Shown here: one piece after another, positions 19,235 through 28,837 of the stretch
Position numbering within the stretch: the stretch's first letter is position 1
Layout of the letters: each line of letters opens with the position of its first letter
Origin: a virus
DNA length: 64,000 nt
IMG/VR virus record: IMGVR_UViG_3300049718_000055
Coordinates: 1 to 64,000 of that record
Direction: 5' to 3' (one strand)
Made by a program: the position numbers and the translations under genes
Notes under the pieces: model-generated
What the model saw: the letters and a program-made list of their open reading frames with translations, nothing else
The model's database searches: none
What the model was told of the DNA's origin: nothing

Positions 19235-19587
19235 CCCTTCTCGACCTCCACCAACTCCAGCGGCGAGTCCGTGCTCTTCACACGGAACGCCTTCCCCTTC
19301 ACTTCCACTACCAATGGCCTACGGTTTCCCGTATCGTCAAACATCCAACCAAACAATTCGTCCACCCTCACATCAAAGTACCGCCCAATCTGAAATGCCA
19401 ACTCCAGCGAAGGACTTGTCCGATGCTTCAAAACCGCTTCGGCATGGTTCCTCGATATTTTGAAGATGTCCGCAAACTCCCTGATGCTCAAACCGTGTAT
19501 CCGTGCCAACTGGTACAAGAGCGGCGTTGCCAGCGTTTCGTACACCGCCCGCTGCCGCTCTATCGTGCGCTGGAGGTTAGTGGGCAC
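19231..19587 (-). CDS. XRE/Cro-family HTH regulator
   Basis: GLSIREFADIFKISR...PSLELAFQIGRYFDVRVDELF. Confidence 0.85.
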   Translation of the reverse strand: MPTNLQRTIERQRAVYETLATPLLYQLARIHGLSIREFADIFKISRNHAEAVLKHRTSPSLELAFQIGRYFDVRVDELFGWMFDDTGNRRPLVVEVKGKAFRVKSTDSPLELVEVEKG

Positions 19588-19727
19588 TACTCGTCTTCTT
19601 CCGTGTCGTCGTCTTCTTCATAGCAGACGCAATCGCAGTCGTCTACATTGCATTTTGACGAGCCAGGATATTCGGGGATGCCACCATGCTCGTCTTCGTC
19701 ATGTCCGCAAGTGCAAGTTGTTGGCAT
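19587..19727 (-). CDS. Small Cys/His-rich acidic protein
   Basis: CTCGH...H...C...CDC; GAGGAG SD. Confidence 0.6.
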   Translation of the reverse strand: MPTTCTCGHDEDEHGGIPEYPGSSKCNVDDCDCVCYEEDDDTEEDE

Positions 19728-19907
19728 AGTCTCCTCACTTCTTCGGCGCTTCGGCCGGTTTGGTTTCCAATTTTTGGAGCGGCTTCCGCGGCAAAGACTT
19801 CCTCTTCCCAAGCCAGATGTCCGCCAATATCGGACACCCCATGAAATGAACGCCGCGAGTCGCAGCATCGCCGCAAATCTTCTGGCAAGCAGCTTCCTTC
19901 TCGCCGT

Positions 19908-20156
19908 TCATATCTTCATATTCCTATTGATGCCGTCGATGACATCCTGCACGGTCTTGAAGTTCTCCGCTTCCTCGTCGGGGATCTCAAGATCAAAATC
20001 CTCTTCAATTTGCACGACGATTTCAACCACGTCAAGAGAATCGGCCCCGAGGTCGTCCACAAGGGTTGACTTTGGGGTCACTTCTTCTTCATCCACCATC
20101 AACTGTGTGGCGATGATGGCCTTCACTTTTGCTTCAACGTCCATGCCTTCCTCCAA
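19908..20156 (-). CDS. acpP: Acyl carrier protein
   Basis: [34 protein letters not shown]. Confidence 0.95.
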   Translation of the reverse strand: MEEGMDVEAKVKAIIATQLMVDEEEVTPKSTLVDDLGADSLDVVEIVVQIEEDFDLEIPDEEAENFKTVQDVIDGINRNMKI

Positions 20157-20328
20157 TCTTTAGTGCGCGGGAGCCTGTGCATACAGTTGCCTTTCAGCAA
20201 AGGAGCCCCTTAAAGTCCCGCGCCTCTCCCAGCCGGCCCCTTGCGGTCGTCTGCTGCCAACTCTTTCGAGTCCCCTTTCGGGTTCAAGGCGCTCGTCGCC
20301 GTTGTGAACCTTACCGGCTGGAAACCCG

Positions 20329-20526
20329 TTACGCCTCGATCTTGATGACCAGATCCTTCTTGCCAAACGTCCTGGTATCGCTCTTTACGGCGTTGACTAA
20401 CTCGCCGTTCTCGCCGCCATACAAAGCATAGGCGCTCGTTTTGGACTTCTTCTGGTAAGCCTGTGCGACCTCACCCCCGACCGCGCTGACGAACTTGTCT
20501 CCCACTTCCAACTCTTCAAATGTCAT
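20329..20526 (-). CDS. Hypothetical protein
   Basis: MTFEELEVGDKF; SD present. Confidence 0.65.
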   Translation of the reverse strand: MTFEELEVGDKFVSAVGGEVAQAYQKKSKTSAYALYGGENGELVNAVKSDTRTFGKKDLVIKIEA

Positions 20527-20579
20527 TCTTGTCCTCTCTTTCTTTGGTTGCTACTACGTTAATGTTGATGGAAAAATCA

Positions 20580-21329
20580 CTAGCTGCGGAAATTGGTCGA
20601 TGATTGCTTGTCCAACCTGCATCCCGGCAACGAGAAACCTTCCTTGTCCAGAGCCGCTTTCTTGTCCAACCAACTTTGGTCGAGAGAAAAACATTGCATC
20701 GGAGCCGTCCCTGCTGCCACGGCCTTGAGCAATGCCTTCACGTCCGTCACCACACACTTGTACGCGGTCCTGCTGACCTGCCCAACCATCCGCACAGGAG
20801 CTTCCTGCTGAATCACAACCGGCGCCGCCTGAATCGGCTCATTCAAGAGTTGATCTGCGGCCTCTTTATCGCCAGCAGCCTCAAGTTCAACCGCCCTCGC
20901 CAAAGCCTCTTCCCGCGCAACCCGATCCGCTTCCTCACGGGCCAGACGCTCCGCTTCCTGCCGCTTGCGCTCCTGCTCTTGCATGAAGCCGGTGATGAGC
21001 CCACCAAGCCGCCGCTTCTCAGCATCAAGTGGAACTGTAAACTCCTTCTCGTGAAGCAACAGTGGAGCCTTGAAAGCGTCCACCTGCCTCTTCAGTGGCG
21101 TGTAAAAGCCCTCAACTTCTTTCGTTGCGGCCTGAAGCACCCTGCCGGCATTGTTGGCGTTCTCCAACTCTTCCGGTGTCTTCACTTGCTTGATTCCGCT
21201 GGCATCCAAAACAAGTTGGTTGATGTCTTTCTGGAGTGCGATTCTCCTGCGGTCGTACTCCCCACCCGGACCAAGAAGTTCGGCCGGAACCTTCAAAACC
21301 AATGCCGCTTCAATCGTTGCTGTTCCCAT
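20580..21329 (-). CDS. Coiled-coil phage protein of the recombination module
   Basis: Long E/A/R-rich helix; adjacent to the nuclease. Confidence 0.7.
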   Translation of the reverse strand: MGTATIEAALVLKVPAELLGPGGEYDRRRIALQKDINQLVLDASGIKQVKTPEELENANNAGRVLQAATKEVEGFYTPLKRQVDAFKAPLLLHEKEFTVPLDAEKRRLGGLITGFMQEQERKRQEAERLAREEADRVAREEALARAVELEAAGDKEAADQLLNEPIQAAPVVIQQEAPVRMVGQVSRTAYKCVVTDVKALLKAVAAGTAPMQCFSLDQSWLDKKAALDKEGFSLPGCRLDKQSSTNFRS

Positions 21330-21364
21330 GATTACCCTCCAAATTAAATTTGCCTACATCCATA

Positions 21365-22012
21365 CTACCCCAACTTCGTCAAACCCGCATTCAGCTTCAA
21401 AATAGCCGCTGCCAACAAAATCTGGAACTCTCTCTGCGCTGGCAGCAAATCAATGTAGATCGGATGGACCTCCCCGAGTTTGTCGAACTGAAGGACTACC
21501 CCCATCCAGCCGCCTTCCACCTTTTCCTGACCTGATACATACCCGCCCAACTGCCAGCGCCACGTTGGACTGGCCTTCACGCCGCTCTTCAGATCGATAA
21601 TTGCCTTGCGCTCTTTCCCTTGATGGACGATGGTTCCACGCAAGTCAACTGTGAGTCCGTACTGCATCCCAAACAACGTGTGGACCCGCATATCCTCTGC
21701 GGCCTCGTACTTGAACTGCATCGCCTTCAGCTTCATCTCAAGCCCGGTTACGGCCGGGATGATCGCTTCGTCGAGCGAATCCCAATCCAGGTCCCCGGCC
21801 ACAAGAAATTCAATAGCCCGGTGAACCGCGATTCCGTAGTTTCGCTTCCACTCAAGAACGTCCGGAGGAACCCCATCAAAATCATTACAGCCGAGGATGC
21901 TGAATACCTGGGTCGTTGAGGGAACCCGCGTATGCCGCTCGTTGAAGTAGGCATGGTCCTTGTCCCGATAAGAACCTCCCGGTATTTCAACCCCCCACTC
22001 TCCGTTCCCCAC
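21365..22012 (-). CDS. PD-(D/E)XK (Cas4-like) exonuclease
   Basis: VPSTTQV; GIAVH; YGLTVDL; IIDLKSG; QLGGY. Confidence 0.85.
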   Translation of the reverse strand: MGNGEWGVEIPGGSYRDKDHAYFNERHTRVPSTTQVFSILGCNDFDGVPPDVLEWKRNYGIAVHRAIEFLVAGDLDWDSLDEAIIPAVTGLEMKLKAMQFKYEAAEDMRVHTLFGMQYGLTVDLRGTIVHQGKERKAIIDLKSGVKASPTWRWQLGGYVSGQEKVEGGWMGVVLQFDKLGEVHPIYIDLLPAQREFQILLAAAILKLNAGLTKLG

Positions 22013-22021
22013 ATCACCCTC

Positions 22022-22399
22022 CTACCAAGGACTCGTTCCGATACGCGCCATCACCGGCCAGTTAAGATCACCGATAGCCCTCCGCTTCGACTCGGACATA
22101 AACCAAGGCTCATCAATGTACACCGGCCTCGATTCCTCCCCGCGTAGCCGCATCGGATCAGATGTGAAAAGAGGCATCGTGTCGTTCGGGTAGGCTTCCC
22201 TGTACCTGCGATAAATGCCTTCGGAAAGCATCTCGCTTGGACTGATTACCGCCGCGTTGCCGCCATGCTTCTCGTGAATGATCTGCATGATAGCTTCAGT
22301 CTTGCCTACCTGACGACGCACCCCAAGCGTCACCCCAGGGAACCATTCAATGACCTGCTTGATTCTAGCTACTCCCAATTCCATTTCTTCCCTGTCCAT
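22022..22399 (-). CDS. Small P-loop protein resembling a terminase ATPase fragment
   Basis: RRQVGKT Walker A; LRG; VYIDE Walker B. Confidence 0.55.
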   Translation of the reverse strand: MDREEMELGVARIKQVIEWFPGVTLGVRRQVGKTEAIMQIIHEKHGGNAAVISPSEMLSEGIYRRYREAYPNDTMPLFTSDPMRLRGEESRPVYIDEPWFMSESKRRAIGDLNWPVMARIGTSPW

Positions 22400-22411
22400 G
22401 CCGCCATCCCC

Positions 22412-22663
22412 TTACAACAAAAGAAACCGAAGTTCATTTACAGTAGTCCTGATCTCCCGCAGACGGTTCAGGTAAAACACCACTTCGCTGTTCGTCAGAT
22501 GGTAGAACCTCCGATAAGGATCATCCGCCTGCTGCCACTCGTGGCCCTCGTGTTCCTTCCCTTGATGCTCCATAATTTCATGCACGAAGAAGTATTTCTT
22601 ACACGCTCGGCACACTACGAAATCGCTCGGCTCGTGACTTTTGTCTTCCATCTCACCCTCCAA
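22412..22663 (-). CDS. Hypothetical protein (C2H2-like)
   Basis: CRAC...H...H. Confidence 0.55.
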   Translation of the reverse strand: MEGEMEDKSHEPSDFVVCRACKKYFFVHEIMEHQGKEHEGHEWQQADDPYRRFYHLTNSEVVFYLNRLREIRTTVNELRFLLL

Positions 22664-22675
22664 AGTTTGGAATGC

Positions 22676-22921
22676 TTACGAGATACGACGGAAGGGCTTG
22701 GTTCCCTTCCACAATTGACCAAATGTTATCCCCACCGACCCGCCGATGGCGCCGCTGGCAATCTGCACTGCTTCCTCGCGTGTCGCCGAATCGTATTCGT
22801 AAAGCGCACCGTTCTTGATGAACAGAATTCGCCCTTGGCTGGTCTCTGCGTTGAACAACACCTGGTCGATCTGCGAACTCGACTGCGACGGAATTACTTC
22901 AAAACCGCTCTCATCTGCCAT
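22676..22921 (-). CDS. KTSC-domain protein
   Basis: SSSQI..V.FN......I.F.KNGALYEY...SVG..F. Confidence 0.75.
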   Translation of the reverse strand: MADESGFEVIPSQSSSQIDQVLFNAETSQGRILFIKNGALYEYDSATREEAVQIASGAIGGSVGITFGQLWKGTKPFRRIS

Positions 22922-23065
22922 GCTTATTCCCTCCTTGAATTTTAGTTCGTTGATTGAATTCTCTCGTTTGCTGGATTGCCGTTAAGATTACTTCTCTGTC
23001 CTCCTCGTTCCCTGTGACCAGATAGACCATAACCAATTGCTGAACAGTGAGTTTGAGAGTTACTT

Positions 23066-23479
23066 TCACTGCCCCTCCACTGGAATTCCAAGTTTGGCGC
23101 AAATAACACCGTAGTCGCCGATGATACGAAAATACCTTTGATTCCGCAGACTTATAACAACAATCAATCGGCGATTATCTATTGGGTCTACGCCTTCATG
23201 AACATCAACCACTTCCCCTTTGTCGAACACGACTCGCCTGTGATCCTCTGTAATGAAATTCACCCACAGTGATTCTGCATTGACCGTTATCAGCGGATTG
23301 GCGATCTTCGCTAGGTGCTCGTTGGCCTCGGCAATCTGAGCCGTCAACTCTGCCAGTAGCATCATCGTTATGCTCATCTGCATAACATCGCGAGGAACCT
23401 TCTTAGGATCTCCCCCTACTTCTTTAACTGCGGCTTCCGTGAGAACATTTGGATAGTTTCTGATCTCTTCAGCTTTCAT
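23066..23479 (-). CDS. Hypothetical protein
   Basis: GGAGGG SD. Confidence 0.65.
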   Translation of the reverse strand: MKAEEIRNYPNVLTEAAVKEVGGDPKKVPRDVMQMSITMMLLAELTAQIAEANEHLAKIANPLITVNAESLWVNFITEDHRRVVFDKGEVVDVHEGVDPIDNRRLIVVISLRNQRYFRIIGDYGVICAKLGIPVEGQ

Positions 23480-23489
23480 CTTCCCTCCC

Positions 23490-23738
23490 TCAAAGTTGAG
23501 TTACTGCTATTGGATAGTCTCCGGGTTCAACCTGAACCCGAAGCTGCTGATTACCGCGCTGGCTCGTCAGTGATTCAAAGCCCTCGTTAAGAAGAGCCAC
23601 TTGGTATGCTACTTCCATCATGGCTCGATACATGGCTACATCTGTTGTCTTATTTATAGCCAGCAGTGGACCTTCATCTCTCCAAACCTTATCCGCCTGT
23701 TCTATTACCCCGGCTATCTGATCGCTTGTCATCCCCAT
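23490..23738 (-). CDS. Hypothetical protein
   Basis: MGMTSDQ with GGAGGG SD. Confidence 0.55.
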   Translation of the reverse strand: MGMTSDQIAGVIEQADKVWRDEGPLLAINKTTDVAMYRAMMEVAYQVALLNEGFESLTSQRGNQQLRVQVEPGDYPIAVTQL

Positions 23739-23864
23739 GCCCTCCATTTCCAAATTTTGGAATCTGCGACGTTCCCGGTTCGGCGGATGCGCCACCCCGC
23801 CAACTGCACGGCCTTCACTGAACCGTTCCGGTATTCCAGCACTCTCGCTCAAGGTGCCGGAGTC

Positions 23865-25235
23865 TTATTCAAATACATCCGACCACGCCTCTTCACCAGT
23901 GCAAAGTTTCTCAAACCACTCATACTTGGACTTTTCGAGATCCGAAAGATGATACTCCGCCAGCCCTGGATACATAGCCGCTAATACCTTCTTGATGTTC
24001 TCTTCTGTGAAGCCGGTCTTCTTCACATTCTGTGTGGCGATAGCATAAAGCCGCTGCGCCCTTCCTTTGCCGATAGTTCCCGCCTTCGCCGCCGGCAGGT
24101 TCGCTGCCGTTGTGACCGCCCCATTCTTCTTCAAGTCCTCGATTGCAGCATTGCCGGCCGCGGGATCTCCAGCCGCTTTCTCCTTGCCAAACATCTCATC
24201 AGCCACAGCCGATGCGTCCGGCGCCAGCTTCCCATCTTCAACCTTTGTCGCCTCTGCCTCTTGCACTGGAGACAACTCAATCAACGCCACGAGGGAATAG
24301 AAATCCCCATGCGGGTTCTTGTCAGTCTTCAGCTTCTCGCTCCACTTGAGCAAGCCGCGGAACTTGATGAAGTTCCCAACCACCATGTCTCCGTCGATGT
24401 TCTTCTCGTCCACTACCGCGGCTAAGGGCTCACCCTTCACCGTAATCCACAGACTGCCGGCCTGAGATTGCTTTGCGCCTTCAATGATGCCGGAGATGAC
24501 CTTCTCCCCCGGCTTCTCTGCGGCTTGAGTGGTCTGCTGCTGGACGGCCTGCTGCGCTTCCGGCTTCTTCTCGCTGGCGCGGGTGGGTTGCTGGACTGGA
24601 GGCTTCTTGTCTCTGTCTTCGTGTTCCTCGAATTGCTCATTGCCGGTCATCTCCTCGGCGGGTGTGGGCTGATAACCGGCGAGGACAACAACCCAAGAGA
24701 ATACGCCCTTGAGAGCCTTCGCTTCAGCGCGGGTTGCCGCCATAGATCGAAGCTGGAAGAGCGGTTTAGGAGTCGTCCCAACCTTAACTTTCTGCGATTT
24801 GTAGCCGCCCTTTCCATTGCGGAGATTGGCATCCCAAATCTTTTTCCCGTTATCGTCGAGGACATCCTTCCACTCGTACTTTGCGACCTCTCCCCATTGT
24901 TCCTCGTCCGAAAGGCACATCGACTCTGCGCGACCAACCTCACTCATATTGCGGTCGATCACAACAGCCACAGCCTCCCATCCACGAGCGCCGCCAAACT
25001 CCACATAGCGAGTCTCGATTGTTTTGGCCGTGCATCCGTAGAACTTTGCGACTGTTCCCCAATCTTCACGCTCCAGATATTGTTCTCCGCCAAACATGAC
25101 CGGAGATTTCTTCATGGAGACAACTTTCTTGAGAGCAATGGCAGCTTTCGTTGCCTCAGCGAGAACCTCTTCCGGTTCCCGCCACTGCGTCAAGTACGCG
25201 CCCGGTTCATAATGCGTGAGTGCTGTGCTGCTCAT
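23865..25235 (-). CDS. Putative ssDNA-annealing/recombination protein
   Basis: QYLEREDW...RSMAATRAEAKAL...GYQPTPAEEM pattern and recombination-module context. Confidence 0.55.
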   Translation of the reverse strand: MSSTALTHYEPGAYLTQWREPEEVLAEATKAAIALKKVVSMKKSPVMFGGEQYLEREDWGTVAKFYGCTAKTIETRYVEFGGARGWEAVAVVIDRNMSEVGRAESMCLSDEEQWGEVAKYEWKDVLDDNGKKIWDANLRNGKGGYKSQKVKVGTTPKPLFQLRSMAATRAEAKALKGVFSWVVVLAGYQPTPAEEMTGNEQFEEHEDRDKKPPVQQPTRASEKKPEAQQAVQQQTTQAAEKPGEKVISGIIEGAKQSQAGSLWITVKGEPLAAVVDEKNIDGDMVVGNFIKFRGLLKWSEKLKTDKNPHGDFYSLVALIELSPVQEAEATKVEDGKLAPDASAVADEMFGKEKAAGDPAAGNAAIEDLKKNGAVTTAANLPAAKAGTIGKGRAQRLYAIATQNVKKTGFTEENIKKVLAAMYPGLAEYHLSDLEKSKYEWFEKLCTGEEAWSDVFE

Positions 25236-25879
25236 ACCAAATCCCTCCAATTTTCCCTTCTGTGAATACTACCTATTGTCCCCTTTTCGACACCATAAAT
25301 CTCGCCTATTTCCCTCTGCGACAAATGTCCCACACTGCAAAGATCGCGTATGTCTAGCACTTGTTCTTTGGTTAATTTTGCCGCACCGTTCGATTCTCCC
25401 CTACAGTCATGAACTCCATAGGAACGACGCCCCTTCCGTGCCATGTCTTCGTTGTTTTCGGCAATCGTTCCGAGCGAGAGGTGCCACGGATTAACGCACG
25501 GCGGAGTATCGCACTTGTGCATCAGACACATATCGTTGATAGTCTCCGTATTTCTCGCAATCTCTTTTCCAAAGAACAAAAGAAACGACACTCGATGCGC
25601 TAAAGTAGAACGGTTGTTAAGATTGAACAGTCCGTATCCAGCCGCATTTCTCTTCGCTGTCCAAATCCAGCATCCAAACCTTTCTGGAGGCATTTTTACC
25701 TTGGAGAAGAATCTAACAATCAACCTCTCCGCCGTCATCGCTTGAGGCCGACCAGCCAGCCTGGAGAGCGTTTCAAAGGATGGGCACACATCAACTAGCC
25801 TCTTGCCATTCCACGCCTCTACCCGCTCAGCTTGACTACGCCATGCCTCATGTATCGACTTCTCGTAGAGGTTCATCAT
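25232..25879 (-). CDS. HNH homing endonuclease
   Basis: CWIW...GYG...AHRVS...HKCDTPPCVNPWHL..GT..EN..D...KGR; AKLT. Confidence 0.92.
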   Translation of the reverse strand: MMNLYEKSIHEAWRSQAERVEAWNGKRLVDVCPSFETLSRLAGRPQAMTAERLIVRFFSKVKMPPERFGCWIWTAKRNAAGYGLFNLNNRSTLAHRVSFLLFFGKEIARNTETINDMCLMHKCDTPPCVNPWHLSLGTIAENNEDMARKGRRSYGVHDCRGESNGAAKLTKEQVLDIRDLCSVGHLSQREIGEIYGVEKGTIGSIHRRENWRDLV

Positions 25880-26175
25880 GCTCCCCTCAATTGCCGAACA
25901 GCCTCGATTTCGTCTTTTGTGAGGACCGCTTTACCGTTAAGCCTTACGAAGTCGTAGGTGCCCAACAGGTCCACCAGTTTCCAAAGCCTCTCGCTTGAGG
26001 GCGAAAGAACTCCCTGCTCCCATCGGCTGATCGTGCTTTTGTTGCAGCCGTGGAAACCCTGCACCAAATCTTCCATAGAAAGCTGCGACTTTATCCTAGC
26101 CCGCGTCAAAGCCGCACCATCAATGGTTAGCAGGTTGTTTGCGCTGTACTGTCGTGTCTTGTTTCCCATGCACAC
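25876..26175 (-). CDS. XRE-family HTH regulator
   Basis: LTRARIKSQLSMEDL...STISRWEQG...PS. Confidence 0.85.
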   Translation of the reverse strand: MCMGNKTRQYSANNLLTIDGAALTRARIKSQLSMEDLVQGFHGCNKSTISRWEQGVLSPSSERLWKLVDLLGTYDFVRLNGKAVLTKDEIEAVRQLRGA

Positions 26176-26272
26176 TATCGTTGCACAGTCGTTTTAAGAT
26201 TGTCAACCCCCCTGTTTTTTAGATAATCATTTTCAGTGGCAAACCGCTGCAAACATGAGAGATAATGCCTAC

Positions 26273-26521
26273 ATGAAGACGCAAACCGTAAAGAAGCCCA
26301 AAGCCGTTACCCTCAAGAAAGTCCAGAAGGCCCAACCTGTCAAACCGAAGTTGAGCAAGAAAGACCCCGACTACTATGCGAAGATCGGAGCCATCTCCGC
26401 GGCGAAACGGAAGCTGTCGAAAGAGTATTTTTCTTCTATGGCGGCCAAAAGCCACGGCGCCGGCTCTCGTCCAGACGGATACCACGGTGGCCGCAAGCCA
26501 AAGTCTACGGATTCCGAATAG
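26273..26521 (+). CDS. Small lysine-rich protein with KGG-like repeats
   Basis: DPDYYAKIG / SKEYFSSMA; leaderless start after GATAAT. Confidence 0.6.
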   Translation: MKTQTVKKPKAVTLKKVQKAQPVKPKLSKKDPDYYAKIGAISAAKRKLSKEYFSSMAAKSHGAGSRPDGYHGGRKPKSTDSE

Positions 26522-26963
26522 GCTCTCCAAATAAATCGTTTGGCGGAAAGATCGGGTTGAGCAGTGTTCCGTTCTTCCAGTTGAGAAGGATTTTACCTGT
26601 GCGCCCGTTGCCGTCTACGAACGGGTGTATCTCCTCGAATTCCTTGTAGAACTCAAGCGGAGTCATCCCTTCTTCCGCCTCCCAAAGACGCTTCAACCGT
26701 GGTTCCACTTCTTCTGGGGGTGGACAGACACGCCACCCAACCCGAACGCCGCAACTTCTTTGCCCATGAGGATTCTTTCCAGGCTCCACAAATGTTCCAA
26801 GTTTAAGCGCGTCGTCAACCGTAAGTTTCTCGCCGCTGCCAAACCAGTTGAGAGCCCACGCCCAAGCGTCTAGCATCCATCCAACACGTTCTATGCCGTC
26901 TTGCATGGTAACATCATGCCCTTGCCGGCTAACCTCTTCACGCACGTAGTCGATTACATTCAT
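26505..26963 (-). CDS. Fic-domain protein
   Basis: HPFVDGNGRTGK. Confidence 0.92.
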   Translation of the reverse strand: MNVIDYVREEVSRQGHDVTMQDGIERVGWMLDAWAWALNWFGSGEKLTVDDALKLGTFVEPGKNPHGQRSCGVRVGWRVCPPPEEVEPRLKRLWEAEEGMTPLEFYKEFEEIHPFVDGNGRTGKILLNWKNGTLLNPIFPPNDLFGEPIRNP

Positions 26964-26995
26964 ATCCTATCCTTGTAGGCAGTATACTTCAGATT

Positions 26996-27631
26996 ATGAA
27001 TTCTCTACCTCAACGCTGGCTCTCCATCCACGGAATATGCACTGTTCTCGGATTGACTCCAAACCAAGTTCAACACTTGGCTCGAAAGAAATACCTCGTC
27101 CGAATCGGAGATCAGGCTAGACACTACCGCTACCTCGATCCCACCCCCGAGTACGCCGAACGCCTGCGGCTTGCGGCCGTCATGCTCTCCAAAAACAATG
27201 AGGTCAACATCGACCTGCCCTTGACGTTCCTGCTCACCATTAGGGAAGTTGCGGAGATCATGGGGTGGGGATTGAGTCATGCAAGATCGTATTTAGCTGA
27301 GAACAAAATCCCGTGCTATAAAAGCAAGAACAAGGCTTGCCTATTTTCTGTCTCGACCGTGCGCGACCTTATATTCGCCCGTCAAGGCCGGCATCTCGCC
27401 AAACAAAAAGCCCCCTTTTTACTGCCTGAGATTATCGCCTTTCAACGCAAGTTCCAAGCCGCAGAGGAATCCATCGTTCCCACCGATGCAGCCTTTTCCG
27501 AAGACGCGGCTTTGCAGAAAAAGATTGTCTGGATGATGAAGCAGCCGAGTCGAGACGTTCTATTGGCCGATTTTATTTCGAAGATGGAGTTGGCGAAGCA
27601 GGTTGCGACTGCAATTCGTAAACCTGAGTGA
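26996..27631 (+). CDS. DNA-binding protein with two excisionase-like HTH domains
   Basis: WLSIHGICTVLGLT and LLTIREVAEIMG...IPC. Confidence 0.7.
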   Translation: MNSLPQRWLSIHGICTVLGLTPNQVQHLARKKYLVRIGDQARHYRYLDPTPEYAERLRLAAVMLSKNNEVNIDLPLTFLLTIREVAEIMGWGLSHARSYLAENKIPCYKSKNKACLFSVSTVRDLIFARQGRHLAKQKAPFLLPEIIAFQRKFQAAEESIVPTDAAFSEDAALQKKIVWMMKQPSRDVLLADFISKMELAKQVATAIRKPE

Positions 27632-27847
27632 GTAGTTCGCGCCTCTTGCCAGTGTGATCTAAAAAGTTATTCACGGCGCAGCAGACAGCACCTATCGAAT
27701 TATCGCTCCGTGGGAGTCCGATTTCGTCTGGATAAATCTCAGTGAGTGCGATGTCGAATTCGTCTTCATCGACGTGGCAGCTTCCGCAGCATGAGACCTG
27801 ATCCTTTGTGATTCCAGCGTCCCACAGAGATTTGCACGTGATGTACA
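27573..27847 (-). CDS. Cys-rich hypothetical protein
   Basis: CCGSCH...VCC; GGAGG SD. Confidence 0.55.
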
Positions 27848-28150
27848 TTACGCCTCCTTTTTTGGAAACGGTTGCCCGCGATGAATCGGACACACGTCAA
27901 TAGTATCACCAAGCCGCTTCAATCCTGATCCCGCATCGGTTTCCTGAGCGCCTAGAGGGTGAGCGCAACTCCTGCACATTGCGGCATCGCACGTCTTGCC
28001 ATTGCCCACAGGAAAGTCGCAGAGTTTGCCTTCATTCTCACGGTAGTTGTAGTTGCAGAATTTGCACTTCATCAACCGTCCGGGTGAGGCTCCTCTGCGG
28101 TTGACGTGGACTACGACTCCATCAGCAGTCTTGTACCATTCGCAAGGCAT
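27848..28150 (-). CDS. Cys-rich zinc-finger protein
   Basis: CKFC...LCDFP...TCDAAMC..C...DVCPIH. Confidence 0.65.
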   Translation of the reverse strand: MPCEWYKTADGVVVHVNRRGASPGRLMKCKFCNYNYRENEGKLCDFPVGNGKTCDAAMCRSCAHPLGAQETDAGSGLKRLGDTIDVCPIHRGQPFPKKEA

Positions 28151-28152
28151 CG

Positions 28153-28347
28153 CTACTCAGCTACTTTCATGACTATCACGTTGGGACCGTTTGGCTCTCT
28201 AGTGGTTGGCTCTTCCACAACACGCCTAATAGAATCGCACAACTTAATCGCATCGCCGTCAGTGAGGGCACAGGCAAAGCCGTTGAGGATAGTTCCAAAC
28301 CTGATTAGGACGGGACCGGCGATGCTTCTCTCTACCCTTATGTCCAT
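28153..28347 (-). CDS. Hypothetical protein
   Basis: Packed between neighbours. Confidence 0.45.
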   Translation of the reverse strand: MDIRVERSIAGPVLIRFGTILNGFACALTDGDAIKLCDSIRRVVEEPTTREPNGPNVIVMKVAE

Positions 28348-28361
28348 GTACGCAGTTTACC

Positions 28362-28553
28362 TCAGCGCGACGTTTTGCGGGTCTTCACCTTGCGCTTCGA
28401 CTTCTTGACAACACCGTTTGCAGCCCTCACCGCGGCAGCGTCAGATCCGGTACGCTTCAGCACTGAGTTCGCTACATGACTCCACATCCGACGCTTCTTC
28501 GGAGTGTTCGCCTTTCGGTCGTGTTTCTTCGCTTCACGCGATGTCCACGGCAT
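28362..28553 (-). CDS. ChaB-like small basic protein
   Basis: MPWT...W..VANSVL......A.RAAN; AGGAGGT SD. Confidence 0.6.
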   Translation of the reverse strand: MPWTSREAKKHDRKANTPKKRRMWSHVANSVLKRTGSDAAAVRAANGVVKKSKRKVKTRKTSR

Positions 28554-28600
28554 TGCGGTTTACCTCCTACTTAGGTGGTGGCTTGATGCCGAATACATCC

Positions 28601-28819
28601 TCAAATGGTGGGAACTGCCTCAATGTTGATTTGATACCAGCGTCCAACTTCCAGTTTCTCGAAGGTTTCTTCGTCACATTCCATCGTGCATTTTTGACTA
28701 TATTTCATTGAATTACCAGTACCAAATTCAATCTTTCGATTAATCCTCTTGTCCTGTCCATACACTTCATCCTCTTTCGTCTTTCGGATTAGATGATACG
28801 CCATATCTTTTTCCTCCAT
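28601..28819 (-). CDS. Hypothetical protein
   Basis: TATACT-6nt-ATG. Confidence 0.55.
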   Translation of the reverse strand: MEEKDMAYHLIRKTKEDEVYGQDKRINRKIEFGTGNSMKYSQKCTMECDEETFEKLEVGRWYQINIEAVPTI

Positions 28820-28837
28820 GTACGCAGTATAGCGCAA

